DNA from: Macrostomum lignano
Lineage: Eukaryota
Assembly: GCA_002269645.1 (NCBI GenBank)
Contig: NIVC01002574.1
Location: 96,805 to 160,804 of the forward strand
Length of the DNA: 64,000 nt
Reading direction: 5' to 3'
How positions within the stretch are numbered: the stretch's first letter is position 1; each line of letters begins with the position of its first letter. The notes under the pieces are model-generated. The model was not told the DNA's origin. It was given only the letters and a program-made list of their open reading frames with translations, and did no database searches. Position numbers and translations under genes: made by a program. Shown piece by piece: positions 13,501-26,600 of this stretch.

Positions 13501-16075
13501 ATGCGGCTGTTCCGCAGCCTCGGCGTCCATCTGGAGGAGGTGCGCAGGCTGGGCACCGGTCAGCCGCAGCCGATGACGCTGTACAGCAAGCTGGGCAACG
13601 GCTCGCTGGATCTCTACCCGCTGCAGCCGGTAGCCGACGCCAAAGAGTTCAAAGACTTTTTCAACCAGCTGCTGCACTCGCAGGCCTCATCGGCCGGCGG
13701 CAAGCCGTGGCCACTGGCCAAAGTTGGCAACTGCCAGGCCAGCCCGGCTCACGCCAACTCGCTCTGCTGCCTGCTGGTCTGGCGGCCCAGCGATCCTAAG
13801 GCGGCTTGGACTCGCCTGCTGCTGCCCGGCTGCTGTCCGCAGCTGCGCGTCATTGAAGGCTTGGAGAAGGTGATTGTTGCATGAATCTGTAGCTAGACCT
13901 ATGTTAGACTCTTTGTTCTCTAAATTAATAAATCATTCTTCTTACCAAAGATCTTAAAAGTCATTGAATCGCCCTCAGAATGGTCATTAAGGCGCCCTCA
14001 GAATGGTCATTGAAACGCCGTCAGAATGGTCATTGAAGTGACCTCAGAATGGTCATTGACTCACCCTCAAAATGGTCATTGACTCACCCTAAGAATGGTC
14101 ATTGAAGCGCCCTCAGAATGGTCATTGACTCACCCTCAGAATGGTCATTGAAGCGCCCTCAGAATGGTCATTGACTCACCCTCAGAATGGTCATTGAAGC
14201 GCCCTCAGAATGGTCATTAAATCGCCTTCAGACACCTGACTGCCACCCGACCGGCTTATTCCCATTCATTCAGGTGCGCGGCCTGGACTGCTTGAAGACG
14301 GCTGAGTATTCACCCGCCGCCGCCGCCGCCGCGGCTCACAAGCCGGCCAGCGCCGCGGCCAAGAAAACCGCCGCCGCTTCTGGCGACCACGCCGGCCCGA
14401 CTGCTGCCGCCGCCAAGCCCCGTCCAAAACCGTCGTCGGCCACCGCCGCCGCTCCCGCCGCCAAGAAGGCCGCGGCTGCTGCTCCTATCGTGAAGAAGCC
14501 GGTTGCCTCGGCTGCAGATCCCGGCAAAACTGCCGCCCCAGCCGCTTCTGGCAAGTCGACAAACGCCGCCTCCAAGTCTTCCATGTCCGCTTCGGCCTCG
14601 GCCAGGCCAACCGCTGCTGCCCCGAAAAAGGAGCCGGCCAAGGCTGGCGCTGGCGTCAAGACCGCGGGCGCGGCGGCGTCCAAACCAACTTCTGCTGCCG
14701 GCCGGAAGGCCGCCGCAGCTCCGGCCTCGTCCAAATCCTCGGCGACTCCGGCTGCTCCGGCGGCGACTCCGGCTGCTCCGGCGGCAACTCCAGCTGCTCC
14801 AGCGGCAACTCCGGTCGCTGATGCCGCTGCCGCTTCACCGCCAGCTGCTGCTGAGGAGAGTCTGGTGACTGAGCAGCACCAGCCAGATTCTGCTGCCGCT
14901 GTTGAAGAGATTCCGCTGGCTAGCGGCGACGGCGGAAGCGGCAATGCCGCTCAGGAGGCCGCCTCGGAGGTCAAGGAAGTCACGGTTAGTGAGATTCAGG
15001 ATGTGGGTAGCAGACACACCTGATATTCAGGATGTGGGCAGCAGACACACCTGAGATTGAGGATGTGGGCAGCAGACACACCTGAGATTGAGGATGTGGG
15101 CAGCAGACACACCTGAGATTGAGGATGTGGGCAGCAGACACACCTGAGATTGAGGATGTGGGCAGCAGACACACCTGAGATTGAGGATGTGGGCAGAAGA
15201 CACACCTGAGATTGAGGATGTGGGCAGCAGACACACCTGAGATTGAGGATGTGGGCAGCAGACACACCTGAGATTGAGGATGTGGGCAGCAGACACACCT
15301 GAGATTGAGGATGTGGGCAGAAGACACACTGAGATTGAGGATGTGGGCAGCAGACACCTGAGATTGAGGATGTGGGCAGCAGACACACCTGAGATTGAGG
15401 ATGTGGGCAGCAGACACACCTGGGATTCAGGATGTGGGTAGCGCAGACACCTGATAACGAAGAAGTTACTTTAGATAGTGGAAGCCCAACCGCACCCTTT
15501 ACCTGCAATGTGCCGCCCACTAGGAGCAGCTAGGCGCGCAGCAGCAGGAGCAGCAGGAGGCCTGGGCTCTGAACGCCAACAACACAAATAGTGCCGAGGC
15601 GTACAGCGCCGAGCTGATTTCAGCCGATCAGCCGCTGGGGTTGCCAGCCCCGGCCCCAATAAGGTCGTCCAAACCGTCCGGTGGCGCGTCGGCCGCCGCA
15701 GTGAACTACGGCCCGGTGCACCCGCTGCACTTTGACCTGGCGTACGTGCCCGGCCACGGCGAGCGCCAGTTCGCTGACTCCGAGTACTTCAAGCGGGTCC
15801 GGGCTCGCTACTACGTGCTGAGCAGCTGCGACCCTCAGCCAGCTGTACTGGACTCGCTGCTCGAGGGCAAATCGGCCTGGCCAGAGCTCGAAGTCACGCT
15901 GATCCCTACGCATAGCAACCAGCTGCTGAGCACCTGGCTAAGCCAGAACGCCGTACGGATGCAGCAGCTGCACGTGACGGTGGCGCCGAGCGCCTCCGAT
16001 TGCCGGATCCGGCTGCAGCAGCAGGGCGACGAGGCCGACGAACAGGCCTGCACCGCTTACCGCGTGGAGTTCTGA
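4787..16075 (+). CDS. futsch: MAP1/Futsch family microtubule-associated protein, about 887 aa; exons 4787-4874, 7095-7202, 11465-11714, 12425-12782, 13273-13869, 14274-14984, 15524-16075
   Basis: GT-AG junctions with consistent phases sum to 2664 nt. MAP1 N-terminal motifs (WDTSSLGLDINEELKTFVS, KPTLYVFPAGLGDS, FWPFLAHLDRVDGLLLSHWDHDNLPG, LEGLEK-like IEGLEK); light-chain C-terminus (DLAYVPGHG, EYFKRVRARYYV, VLDSLLEGK, VTLIPTH); Lys/Ala-rich middle. Confidence 0.92.
7514..7556. repeat. (AG)n microsatellite
   Basis: Direct reading. Confidence 0.95.
8850..9585. repeat. 16-bp minisatellite (TTGTGAAGATTCGAGC)n with longer variants, MAP1 intron 2
   Basis: Direct reading. Confidence 0.95.
10318..11270. 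repeat. 30-40-bp minisatellite (CAGCAGATCCCGATCCCATTTGATTTGATCCCTA)n, MAP1 intron 2
   Basis: Direct reading. Confidence 0.95.
11720..12345. repeat. 21-bp minisatellite (GATGCGATAGATTGGTAGTTG)n, MAP1 intron 3
   Basis: Direct reading. Confidence 0.95.
13965..14225. repeat. 23-bp minisatellite (GCCCTCAGAATGGTCATTGAAGC)n, MAP1 intron 5
   Basis: Direct reading. Confidence 0.9.
14990..15452. repeat. 31-bp minisatellite (GAGATTGAGGATGTGGGCAGCAGACACACCT)n, MAP1 intron 6
   Basis: Direct reading. Confidence 0.95.
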
Positions 16076-17214
16076 GCAACAGCGGAGGTTTTCAGGCGAA
16101 ACAAGAACACAATGCGCGTTTTTTTACCGACACTGACTGCTTACTGCTACTATTAGTTTAGTAGCTAATTGTGATTTTTATATTATTAATTATTATTATT
16201 ATTTTATAAACCAGTTCGGCTTCGCTGTTTTTCATGTGCCCTAATTCCAGTTTTATTTGCGAGGCAGTTTAGCTATATTAATTAGAAATATTAGAAGCAC
16301 TGCTAGCTATTTGCATAAGTGCCATCTGAACTGTTCCATGTTATGCCATACAGTCCCCCTCCCATCCTGATTCTGCTCTCTTTTATAATCCCACTTTTGT
16401 TGCTAAGCTTGCGCTAAATTAATAGTACAGGATGCACTTTTCTGAACTTATAAATTGCCCGCTTCACGGTAAATTGGACCGTTCCTCTATCATAACATTT
16501 TTATTGATCTGCGCGCCCTTTAGCTTTATTTCCTCTTTATACTACTAGTACTGGCCTACACGCTCGTGAGTAGTCGATACGCGTTTTCTTCTATTTTAGT
16601 CCATTTCTTCGAAAATCGACATAGGAAATCCGTTCAAATTGCGCAACAATTCCCACTGCACACAGGGCGTTTCTTTGTTTCATTTTATAGACATCCGGTG
16701 GCTTGGCCTGCAGCTTCCAATCTGTTTTTTTTGTCTCTTCAACAATTCTATAGCCTAAATTTTAGTTCCAATTGCTTATTTATATTGTCCAGACGTATTT
16801 GAAACCTAACAATAGGTGGAACGGGAAACACAAATCTGCGTTTTTTGCTTTGCAAACCGAGCAGTTTTTTTCACTCGCAAATTTCAATTAACATCGTGAT
16901 TCGTTGATCCTCATCATAATGCCCTTTGTTGTCCTCTGCTTCAAGCGCACAGCCTAGCAACAAAAAAACTAATTTATTTTCTCGAACAATCTTTGATGCA
17001 AGTCCGCTGTTCTCTCGACTATATTTATATTTTCTTGCGCCTAATTATTAAAATAATCATTTACGAAATTACGATATTTATTGTCTTTAATTGCAAAATA
17101 AACGAAGACAAAAAAGCTTAGTAACTCCCTGCACTGTCGTGTTGCATCAAACCACTTTGACACGTTTCAAACTGCTGACTGCATCATTAGATGATGCTTA
17201 GTGAGATGCTTGCT

Positions 17215-18150
17215 AAGTGAGTAGCTGAGTGGGATGGTTGAGTGGCGGTTGCTGAGTGGGGGTTGTTTGCTGAGTGGGCAGAATCACTGAGTCGAATGGT
17301 TGAGTGGGCAGGATTACTGAGCGGGATGGTTGAGTGGGGAGGGTTGCTGAGCGGGATGGTTGAGTGGGGAGGGTTGCTGAGCGGGATGGTTGAGTGGGGA
17401 GGGTTGCTGAGCGGGATGGTTGAGTGGGGAGGGTTGCTGAGCGGGATGGTTGAGTGGGGAGGGTTGCTGAGCGGGATGGTTGAGTGGGCAGAATTACTGA
17501 GCGGGATGGTTGAGTGGGGAGGGTTGCTGAGCGGGATGGTTGAGTGGGCAGGATTACTGAGCGGGATGGTTGAGCTTGTGCAGGATTGCTGAGCGGGATG
17601 GTTGAGTGGGCAGGATTACTGAGCGGGATGGTTGAGTGGGCAGGATTACTGAGCGGGATGGTTGAGCTTGTGCAGGATTGCTGAGCGGGATGGTTGAGTG
17701 GGCAGGATTACTGAGCGGGATGGTTGAGCTTGTGCAGGATTGCTGAGCGGGATGGTTGAGTGGGCAGGATTACTGAGCGGGATGGTTGAGTGGGCAGGAT
17801 TACTGAGCGGGATGGTTGAGTGGGCAGGATTGCTGAGCGGGATGGTTGAGTGGGCAGGATTGCTGAGTGGAATGGTTGAGTGGGCAGGATTGCTGAGCGG
17901 GATGGTTGAGTGGGCAGGATTACTGAGCGGGATGGTTGAGCTTGTGCAGGATTGCTGAGCGGGATGGTTGAGCTTGTGCAGGATTGCTGAGCGGGATGGT
18001 TGAGTGGGCAGGATTGCTGAGCGGGATGGTTGAGTGGGCAGGATTACTGAGCGGGATGGTTGAGTGGGCAGGATTACTGAGCGGGATGGTTGAGTGGGCA
18101 GGATTGCTGAGTGGAATGGTTGAGTGGGCAGGGTTGCTGAGTGAGTGGGG
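17215..18150. repeat. 30-bp intergenic minisatellite (CTGAGCGGGATGGTTGAGTGGGCAGGATTA)n
   Basis: Direct reading. Confidence 0.95.
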
Positions 18151-18899
18151 TTTGCTGAGTGGCAGTTATGGTGTACCGGTATATGCGTTGAGTCGTGAAA
18201 AGCAGCAACACCGCCCCATCAAAATTAAAAGTCAGAAGTTTAGCTTTATTAAATGTGGGTTAGATGTGAACGAGCCTTTAATTTAAGATGAATCTATGTT
18301 GATGGATTCATAAATTCATGTCGAGTCTAGCATAGCAACAAAGAATTCGCAGTTCAACTGCCACGCCAATATTTTAATCTGGGCTATGAAACCAAGGTGA
18401 AGAACCATCGCTTCAAACAAAGTATGTATTATATATGTACAAAACAAGGCAAAAGTACATTACATTAGAATGAATAATGTGGCCACTAAATAGCTATACT
18501 AGTTACAAAGCTACTACTACAAGTAGGCAACGCACATACAATAAGAAAGAGCCTGACAAATCAGAAAAATCAGCAATTAAACTACGGTAAAAAACTCTGG
18601 GTGTATCGTTAAAGCGAGAAATTCTGCTACAGAGGGGCGAGTTGTCGTTAGCAGTAATGCAAACAGTAGCAGGGAAGGGCATCACAGATAAGGTGGCCTC
18701 TAGCCGAGATTAACTCCGGTTGGGGCAGAGAACGGATGACGATTAAATGAGTTTGTGTACAGCGCCAACTCTAGCTACGAGTAATTTCATATTTACTATA
18801 TACAATCAAAGCAGTGAAACTCGAACCATTCAAAATATAGAGGGTTCAGGGTTAATGTGTACGTAACATAATTGCAATCTGGCCAACGCTCACTTGGGC

Positions 18900-21800
18900 T
18901 TATTCAGTCATTAAATAGTCCTCAGCTTCATCTTCGGGATCGGAGATTGCAGCAGCACCTGCTGATGCCTCGATGGCGGCGGACGAGGCGGCGGTCAAGC
19001 GAATTGGCAAATTGCCGCTGTGAACCCCGGCGATGACCTGGGAGCTGGTTTGGCCCGGATCCGTCAAGATGGAGGTGGTCACGCACAGCTGGGTCAGGGC
19101 GCGGTGAGCAGCTGGGGTGCAGGGTGGAGGGCTGTCAGTAACTGATTGGCTGCTATTTGATTGGCTGTCAACTGATTGGCTGCTATTTTATTGGCTGTTA
19201 GCATGGCTGCTATTTGATTGGCTATGAGCTGATTGGCTGCTATTTTATTGGCTGTCAGCATGGCTGCTGTTTGATTGGCTATGAGCTGATTGGCTGCTGG
19301 GTTATGTGCTATTTAATTGGCTATGAGCTGATTGGCTGCTGATTAGGTGCTATTTGATTGGCTATAAGCTGATTGGCTGATATTCGATTAACCTGCTTAT
19401 CTAACTGGTCGGACAATAACATGCTTATTTGAAACACAGCAACAAACTCGGCAAGCAGGGACCCGTTCGCTACTCACAAGGCCGCAGTTTGGTCAGGCAG
19501 AAGTGCTGGTCGGCCCAGTTCAGCACAGTCCTGGCGAAATCCTCAATCGAGCACGTGGAAACGTTGCTATTGTAAGCGTCGAATGCGTCTGAGACCATCA
19601 GGCTGAACTGCAGGGAGGGGTTGGCAGGGACAGTTTTGCTAAAATCATTCTCATACTCATTTCTCACTGTCGCATAATCGATTCTTCTTTTTCGGGCTAT
19701 AGGAGTACTTTTATTACGTTTTAATGTCTACTTACTCTGAATCTCACCGTCTACTCTGAATCTCTCAGTCTACTTACTCTGAATCTCACCGTCTACTCCG
19801 AATCTCACAGTCTACTTACTCTGAATCTCAAAGTCTACTTACTCTGAATCTCACAGTCTACTCATCTGAATCTCACAGTCTACTCATCTGAATCTCACAG
19901 TCTACTTACTCTGAATCTCACAGTCTACTTACTCTGAATCTAAGTTTACTTTCCAACCTTTCCACTCCCTTGACACAGCACCCATTTCCAACACAAACAA
20001 CTGGCTGAACTCACAAGATAAAACTTCCAGTTGTTGAGCACGCCGGGCCCGGCGTAGCTGTCCTCAAACCAGCGCCTGCCGTCCAACTGCTGCCTCTGCT
20101 GGCCGTGCGCCGACCCAGCGGTCGACGCCGCTGTAGCCGACGAAGCTGCGGACAGGTGCTCACAGGCTGTGCCGATTTCAGCGCGCAGCCGGGCGGCCTC
20201 GGCGCGAAGCAGCTCGGCCTGACGGCGGCTCTCGGCCCGCTCTGAGCGCAGCTGGCGGAGCCGGTCGGCCGCCTTGTGCAGCAGGGCGGCTTTGGCGAGC
20301 TTCTGGGAGCCGCTCACTGGCAGCAGCGCCTGCAGCGTGTCGAAGGCCGAGTTGATGGACACCCGTCGGGCCTGCAGAAGGGGATGGCACGTCCGGGTTG
20401 GTCTGTTTTCTGGCACTCCTATTCTGTCACTCTATTAGCTGGCACTCCGATTCTGTTACTCTATTAGCTGGCACTCTGGTTGGTTCTGCCACTCTATTAG
20501 CTGGCACTCTGGTTGGTTCTGTCACTTTATTAGCTGGCACTCCGATTCTGTCACTCTCAGCTGGCATTACGATTCTGTCACTCTATTAGCTGGCACTCCG
20601 ATTCTGTCACTCTTAGCTGGCATTCCGATTCTGTCACTCTAAACGCTGGCACTCAGATTCTGTCACACTATAAGCTGGCACTCTGGTTGGTTCTGCCACT
20701 CTATTAGCTGGCACTCCGATTCTGTCACTCTTAGCTGGCACTCTGGTTCTGTCACTCTATTAGCTGGCACTCTGATTGTGTCACTCTATCTGCTGGCACT
20801 CTGATTGTGTCACTCTATCTGCTGGCACTCTAGAATTCTATCTGCATACTAGTTGCCACCCGAAATCCTAGTTAAAACAACAAGTATGCAAATATGACCT
20901 CATCAATAAGGTAAAAACAGGAAGCAGATGCAACAGGCAAGCACAAACCTGTTCAGTTTTCAATGACATAGCCATGGACTGCTTGTGAAGCAGGTAGCTC
21001 TCCCTATGCCTGTTCATTGACGGCTGTAAGCGGAGGAAAAATTGAAATTGCTTCAACTAATATTAACCATCTTCATCACAAACACATGAGTCTACATTGC
21101 CAGGATAGCAAAATAATGAAGATTTAATAAACTAACCAACTCAATTCTGAATCCATCGCCAGACAGGGAGGAACAATCCATGTCGGATTTTGGTATAGCT
21201 GTAGGCAATTGAACTTCTGGCTGCTGCTGCTGGGTGTGCAGCTTCCTTTGTTGCTGCTGCTGATGATGGTGCTGCAGCGGAGGCGGCGGCGGCGATGGCT
21301 CGGGCAGAACCGGGGCCCTGAGAATCCTGTAAAGAGTCTCCGAGCCGGCTATGCTGAAAGCTGGAGCTGGCGGTGGCAGCGGCGGAGGCGGCGTTGGAGT
21401 CGGCAGCTGTACATGAATGCCGATGCCTCTCAGGTAGTCTAGCAGAGCGCTGACCACAGCGGGTGGCTGGTTAGTGCGGGCCAGGAGACCCTGCAGAGTG
21501 CTTACAATTCTCTGGTACTCCGCTGGGCTGAGATTCACCACGGGAGTCTGCTGGAGCGGCGGCGGCGGCGGCGGCGGCTGCGGAGTCAGCGGCGGAGGCG
21601 GCGGCGGCGGCGGGGGAGTCGGCACTACGAATGTAGTCGCAACCGAAGTCGCAGTCGATGGCATCGGCATCGCGGCGGTGGCCGAGACGGAGACAGCGGC
21701 AGAAGAGGTCAGCAAAGCCAGCAGCTGGTCACCGCCAATGAAATCGTCAATGCTGGGCTGCAGCTGCTGCAACCCCGGCTGGATGAAGTCGGAGTTCACC

Positions 21801-23651
21801 CCGCCGCCGATACCGCCGCCACTGCCGCCGCCGCCGCCGACACTGCAGTCGACAATGCCGACACCGTTGACGTAGCCGGAGCCGCAGACCGCGGTGTCCG
21901 CGCCGCCGAGCAAGCCTCCAAAGCTGAATCCGTCGCAGGCGGCCAGCAGGCTGTCCAGATTCGGGTCCAGCTGGAAATCGGCCAGCAGATCGTCCAGCAG
22001 GTGGACGCTCGGCGCCCGTGGCGGCTGCGACTCGCGCGGGCTCATCGGCCAGTCGGTGCCGGTGGCGCCAACGCCACGGCGCTTGATGTCTAGCTCCGTG
22101 TTCTGCGCCAGCCAGTCGCTATCGTACACAATGTCCATTGGCTCCTGGCAGCGCGATGTTTTCAACCTGTGCCGGTTCTGCCTGTAGAATGTGCGCCAGC
22201 TGTGGTACTCGTTGCACACTGTGTCAAGCCGGCGCTTCCAGTACTTGCCTTCCATGATCACGGACTCGGCCCTGGAGTGCGCCTGGGCCGGCGAGGACAG
22301 GCAGGCAGTGGTGAGTGAATACCAATCTCAGACGGCCAGCTGAAGCATCGGGGGGAGGGCAGCAGCGGCCAGCTGAAGCATCGGGGGGAGGGCAGCAGCG
22401 GCCAGCTGAAGCATCGGGGGAGGGGAGGGCAGCAGCGGCCAGCTGAAGCATCGAGGGGAGGGCAGCAGCGGCCAGCTGAAGCATCGAGGGAAGGGCAGCA
22501 GCGGCCAGCTGAAGCATCGGGGGGAGGGCAGCAGCGGCCAGCTGAAGCATCGGGGGGAAGGCAGCAGCGGCCAGCTGAAGCATCGGGGGGGAGGGCAGCA
22601 GCGGCCAGCTGAAGCATCGGGGGGAGGGCAGCAGCGGCCAGCTGAAGCATCGGGGGGAGGGCAGCAGCGGCCAGCTGAAGCATCGGGGGGAGGGCAGCAG
22701 CGGCCAGCTGAAGCATCGGGGGGGGGAGGGCAGCAGCGGCCAGCTGAAGCATCGGGGGGGGAGGGCAGCAGCGGCCAGCTGAAGCATCGGGGGGGGGGAG
22801 GGCAGCAGCGGCCAGCTGAAACATCGGGGGGGGGAGGGCAGCAGCGGCCAGCTGAAGCATCGGGGGGGGGAGGGCAGCAGCGGCCAGCTGAAGCATCGGG
22901 GGGGGGGGAGGGCAGCAGCGGCCAGCTGAAGCATCGGGGGGGAGGGCAGCAGCGGCCAGCTGAAGCATCGGGGGGGGGAGGGCAGCAGCGGCCAGCTGAA
23001 GCATCGGGGGGGAGGGCAGCAGCGGCCAGCTGAAGCATCGGGAGGGCAGCAACTCACCTCGTCGGCAAGCGGGTTGGCGAACTGCACAATCCGCGGCCGC
23101 TGCTGCCGCACGAACTGCAGATGATACTCCCGCCAGATAATATTATTCAGCCGAATTTTCTCTTTCACTTTGAATCGCATGCCGCGGAAGTCGTTCCACT
23201 TCGGATTGGTGATCTTGCCCGAGTAGGTGAGCTTCAGGTAGCACAGCAGCTTTGTCAGCGACTGGTCGAAGCTGATTGCGGCGGCACCAGCCGACTGCTC
23301 AGCGGTGCCGGCGCCAGTCGAAGCGGCAATGGCCGCCGTCGCAGCAGCCGCGGTTGACGCGCTAGCAGCGGCGTCAGCTGAGGAAAAGTTCACCACGATT
23401 GGAGCGTCGGGGACAACGGCAGCCGGTCCGGAGCCTGCTGCCAGCATCGAGCGCTTCTTGTCAGTGTCGGAGAAATCGACGGGAAAGTCGGACAGAGAGT
23501 TGGAATCCGAGTCGGCGTCCTCCAGGTTGCTCATCATGAAGTGGCCGGAGTGGATCTGGGCGGACTCGGCCACTCCGGCAGCTCCCACTCCCACTGGCTG
23601 GCTGCCAGAGCCAGATGGGCGGCGCTGCGGCTGCTTGTCTGTCATCACCAT
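18900..23651 (-). CDS. MLXIP: Mondo family bHLH-ZIP factor (MondoA/ChREBP-like), about 837 aa; exons 23651-23058, 22282-21137, 21023-20949, 20371-20015, 19607-19478, 19111-18900
   Basis: Mondo conserved regions IHSGHFMMS, SLTKLL..LTYSGKITNPKW, KIRLNNIIWR, EGKYWKRR, IQPGLQQLQPSIDDF; bHLH-ZIP EQARRVSINSAFDTL..KLAKAALL; C-terminal NWKFY..FSL and TTSILTDP. GT-AG phases sum to 2514 nt. Confidence 0.93.
19140..19380. repeat. Degenerate TGATTGGCTG-based repeat, Mondo intron 5
   Basis: Many ATTGG units. Confidence 0.85.
19735..19942. repeat. About 23-bp minisatellite (TCTACTTACTCTGAATCTCACAG)n, Mondo intron 4
   Basis: Direct reading. Confidence 0.9.
20405..20832. repeat. About 29-bp minisatellite (CACTCTATTAGCTGGCACTCCGATTCTGT)n, Mondo intron 3
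   Basis: Direct reading. Confidence 0.9.
22330..23050. repeat. 30-35-bp G-rich minisatellite (GGGAGGGCAGCAGCGGCCAGCTGAAGCATCG)n with variable G run, Mondo intron 1
   Basis: Direct reading. Confidence 0.95.
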
Positions 23652-26600
23652 GGCAACAGCAGGTCACTGTTTGGTTCCTTTGATCGCTTCGGTGCTCACT
23701 GTTAGTTAGTTTGCAAAGAATAGAGAGTAAAACAATGATTTACAGGTCGATTACAATGGCACGTGGCATCGAAAATCTCTGCTGCTTGAGTCTCCAACTC
23801 CAAGGGACTTAAAGAGTTCACCCTGCTTTGAAGCTGGCAAAATTAATTTATTCATACTGCCCTTACCGACCCCACCCATCAAATCAACATTGGTTTCTGC
23901 TTTAACACACTTTTAAGATAACTTACAAACATGAGACTAACATAATATTTAGTTTTATCAGTTGCATTTTATTAGCAAAATGTTTTAGAAACAAAAAATA
24001 TATTCTTTCAAAATAGACTATATACAAAAAAATAGCAATCTTAAGATACATGTATATCTTGTGTGGAAATGTACCCTTATAAGTTTTTACAACTTATTTC
24101 TATCAAAAAACCCTATTTGTCTATATAGCCCAAAAATGATAATAATAAATAATTTTTATACCTTACTCATTATAATATAAATAATAAATACCAATAACAT
24201 TAAACAAAGTATCAAATTATGTAATACAAATTATAGATCATTTATTAAAATAGAATTGCAAAAGGCAACAAAGCCTAAAGTTTCTAAATATCTAAATATT
24301 GGGGCTTATAAAAGTTAGAAAAGATCAAAACTTGTAGTTTAAGTAAAATTTTAAGTTTTTGCTAAGATCTCATGATTTTAGGATTGGGATATTGAACATT
24401 TGACAAGATAATTTTTTTAATCCATCTTACCGTATAGATAGTTTTTTAATTAAACACTGAACATGGCTATGGCCATAAGGGCCAAAATATCACATTACTA
24501 TTTTTCACTGGCATCAATTTTGTTTTTTTTTAAAGGTCATAGGACAATGTGGTAAATGCTTATATTAGCATTAAAATAGGTGACATTGCCCCTTTTGTCA
24601 AATTTGTAACCTCAATAAAAGAAATATCTAGAACTAAATTGAAGATCAGATAGTATAGCTTATATTATAAATTTTGGCTAGAAATAGTAAGTTGGTATAG
24701 GTTTAGCACATTTTGTTTAATAAATAGGGAATAGCAAGGAATCAGACAAATTATCTTACTTTTAAACTGTCTCACAAAAAATATTTAAATAAGAAAATTA
24801 GACAAAATTTTCTAGATAAAGGGCTTAGGACAAATTTCTATATAACTTTGTAATATGACATTTATACAAGTCCAATGTTTAAATATAACAAAAAAGAAAG
24901 TCTGGTATAAACAAAAATATAATTATGATTTATGCCAACTGCTTTTTTTTTCTTGTATACACTTAATGCAATATTAATTTTAGATCTGGATCAAAGAAGT
25001 CAAATACCTTTTTTTAAATAAAAAATAAACTAAAATATTGTCTATAACACTAAATCTAATAGGCCTATTCTAATATAAAAAATAAACTAAATGAATGTTA
25101 AAAAATAGGTTTATTTATATACAATAGGGTTCGATACTCTAGGCCTATGCATATACATTTGCAAGCAGAAAAAATATAAGCTTTTTTGTTTACAAATCTT
25201 ATTTTGATCTCTTGGTCTATAGGCCCTTACTATTCTAGTCTAGGCTTATAGACTATGCTTGATTCTTGGCCCCTTGGTATATAGTCTATAGACCATGGTT
25301 TAGAATATGTATTTTATACTAGAAAATTCTAGAATATTTTGCCCTTCGTTAACAATCTTGGTATACACAATTGGGCAATCCTCTAGTTTTGCATGTTTAA
25401 TTATTTTTTTAAACTTTAACAAAGTTTTTTCAGACATTTTAGTATTGCCCTCCCAAAATATGATATTGCCAAAGGTGTTGCATAGATGGCAATGGCGCCA
25501 CAGAAACTTATTGAAGTAAGTGTTGAATAGCAAGGTGTCTAACCATTATTGAAAAAGAGTTATTGATCAAGGTTGACAAAGCAAGCAAGGCAAGAAATCT
25601 TTTAGATAATTGTATAATCAGATAATCCCAGACTCTCCTATCCTTTTTAAAAAATGGAGCAATTGCAGGTTTTCACCAGGCCTATAGATATATTTTGACA
25701 ATAGATTATAGACATACAGACGCACCTCCAAAATTTGGTTGGCCATGCACCTTAGTTTTAACAAAAATGCATCATAGTTTTTTGCCAAAAATGCGAGTCC
25801 TTACATGTAAAAAAACCCTAAAGCAAAAATAATGCAACTTTGGGTAAACAGAAGGAGTAATTATGACTGTCTTATTAAGCCAAAATGCCTTGTCAGCTAC
25901 TTAGTACTACTACTTGGGTAATTTTTTGGGTAGGTATTTTTGCGACTTCCTTGGTTGGCTGCCAAATCAGTTGGCCGGATCGGCCGACTCGGCCAACTGT
26001 TGCGCATGTATGATTATAGATATAGACATAAAATTGGCACATTGCCATGTCATAAACTCATGCAAATATTTACTCTCTGTTGTTAAAAATTCATTAAAAT
26101 TTTAATAAATCATTAAATGTGTAAAATTAGAAGATTGCCTACAATTGATGTAAACCTATAAAAAATAGCTATTTGATTTAGCAATTGAAAACCTATCTAA
26201 TAAAACTTATTAGAGGTCTAATCTATCCATTGAATCTATTAATCTATTATGGTATTATGGTAAATAAAAACTATATTAATGTCACTTTTTACTGACATTG
26301 ACAATGATCAAAGACTTTTGCCCCTAGCAAACAAATTGTTTTATAGTGCTAATGCCAAGCTTTTCTCTTTAAACATTTTTGTGCATATGCAATGCAAAAT
26401 AAACAAATTATCAAAAAATATTTTTATCCCTATACTAAAAATGATCTGTCAGTAGGTAGGTATGGTATGTGTGTGATCGATTCTAGAAATTATTTCTAAT
26501 ATTATACTTATACTTTAGGCTTTAGGCTTAGTTAGGTTAAGGCCTATATAGGAAGATTGAAAATATTGATATTAGCTTTAAGTTATTTTTATAGTGGTAT

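Noticed and set aside
11412-15913. Antisense and alternate-frame ORFs over MAP1 exons (similarly over Mondo, p62 and SLK)
   Set aside because: Shadows of GC-rich coding sequence
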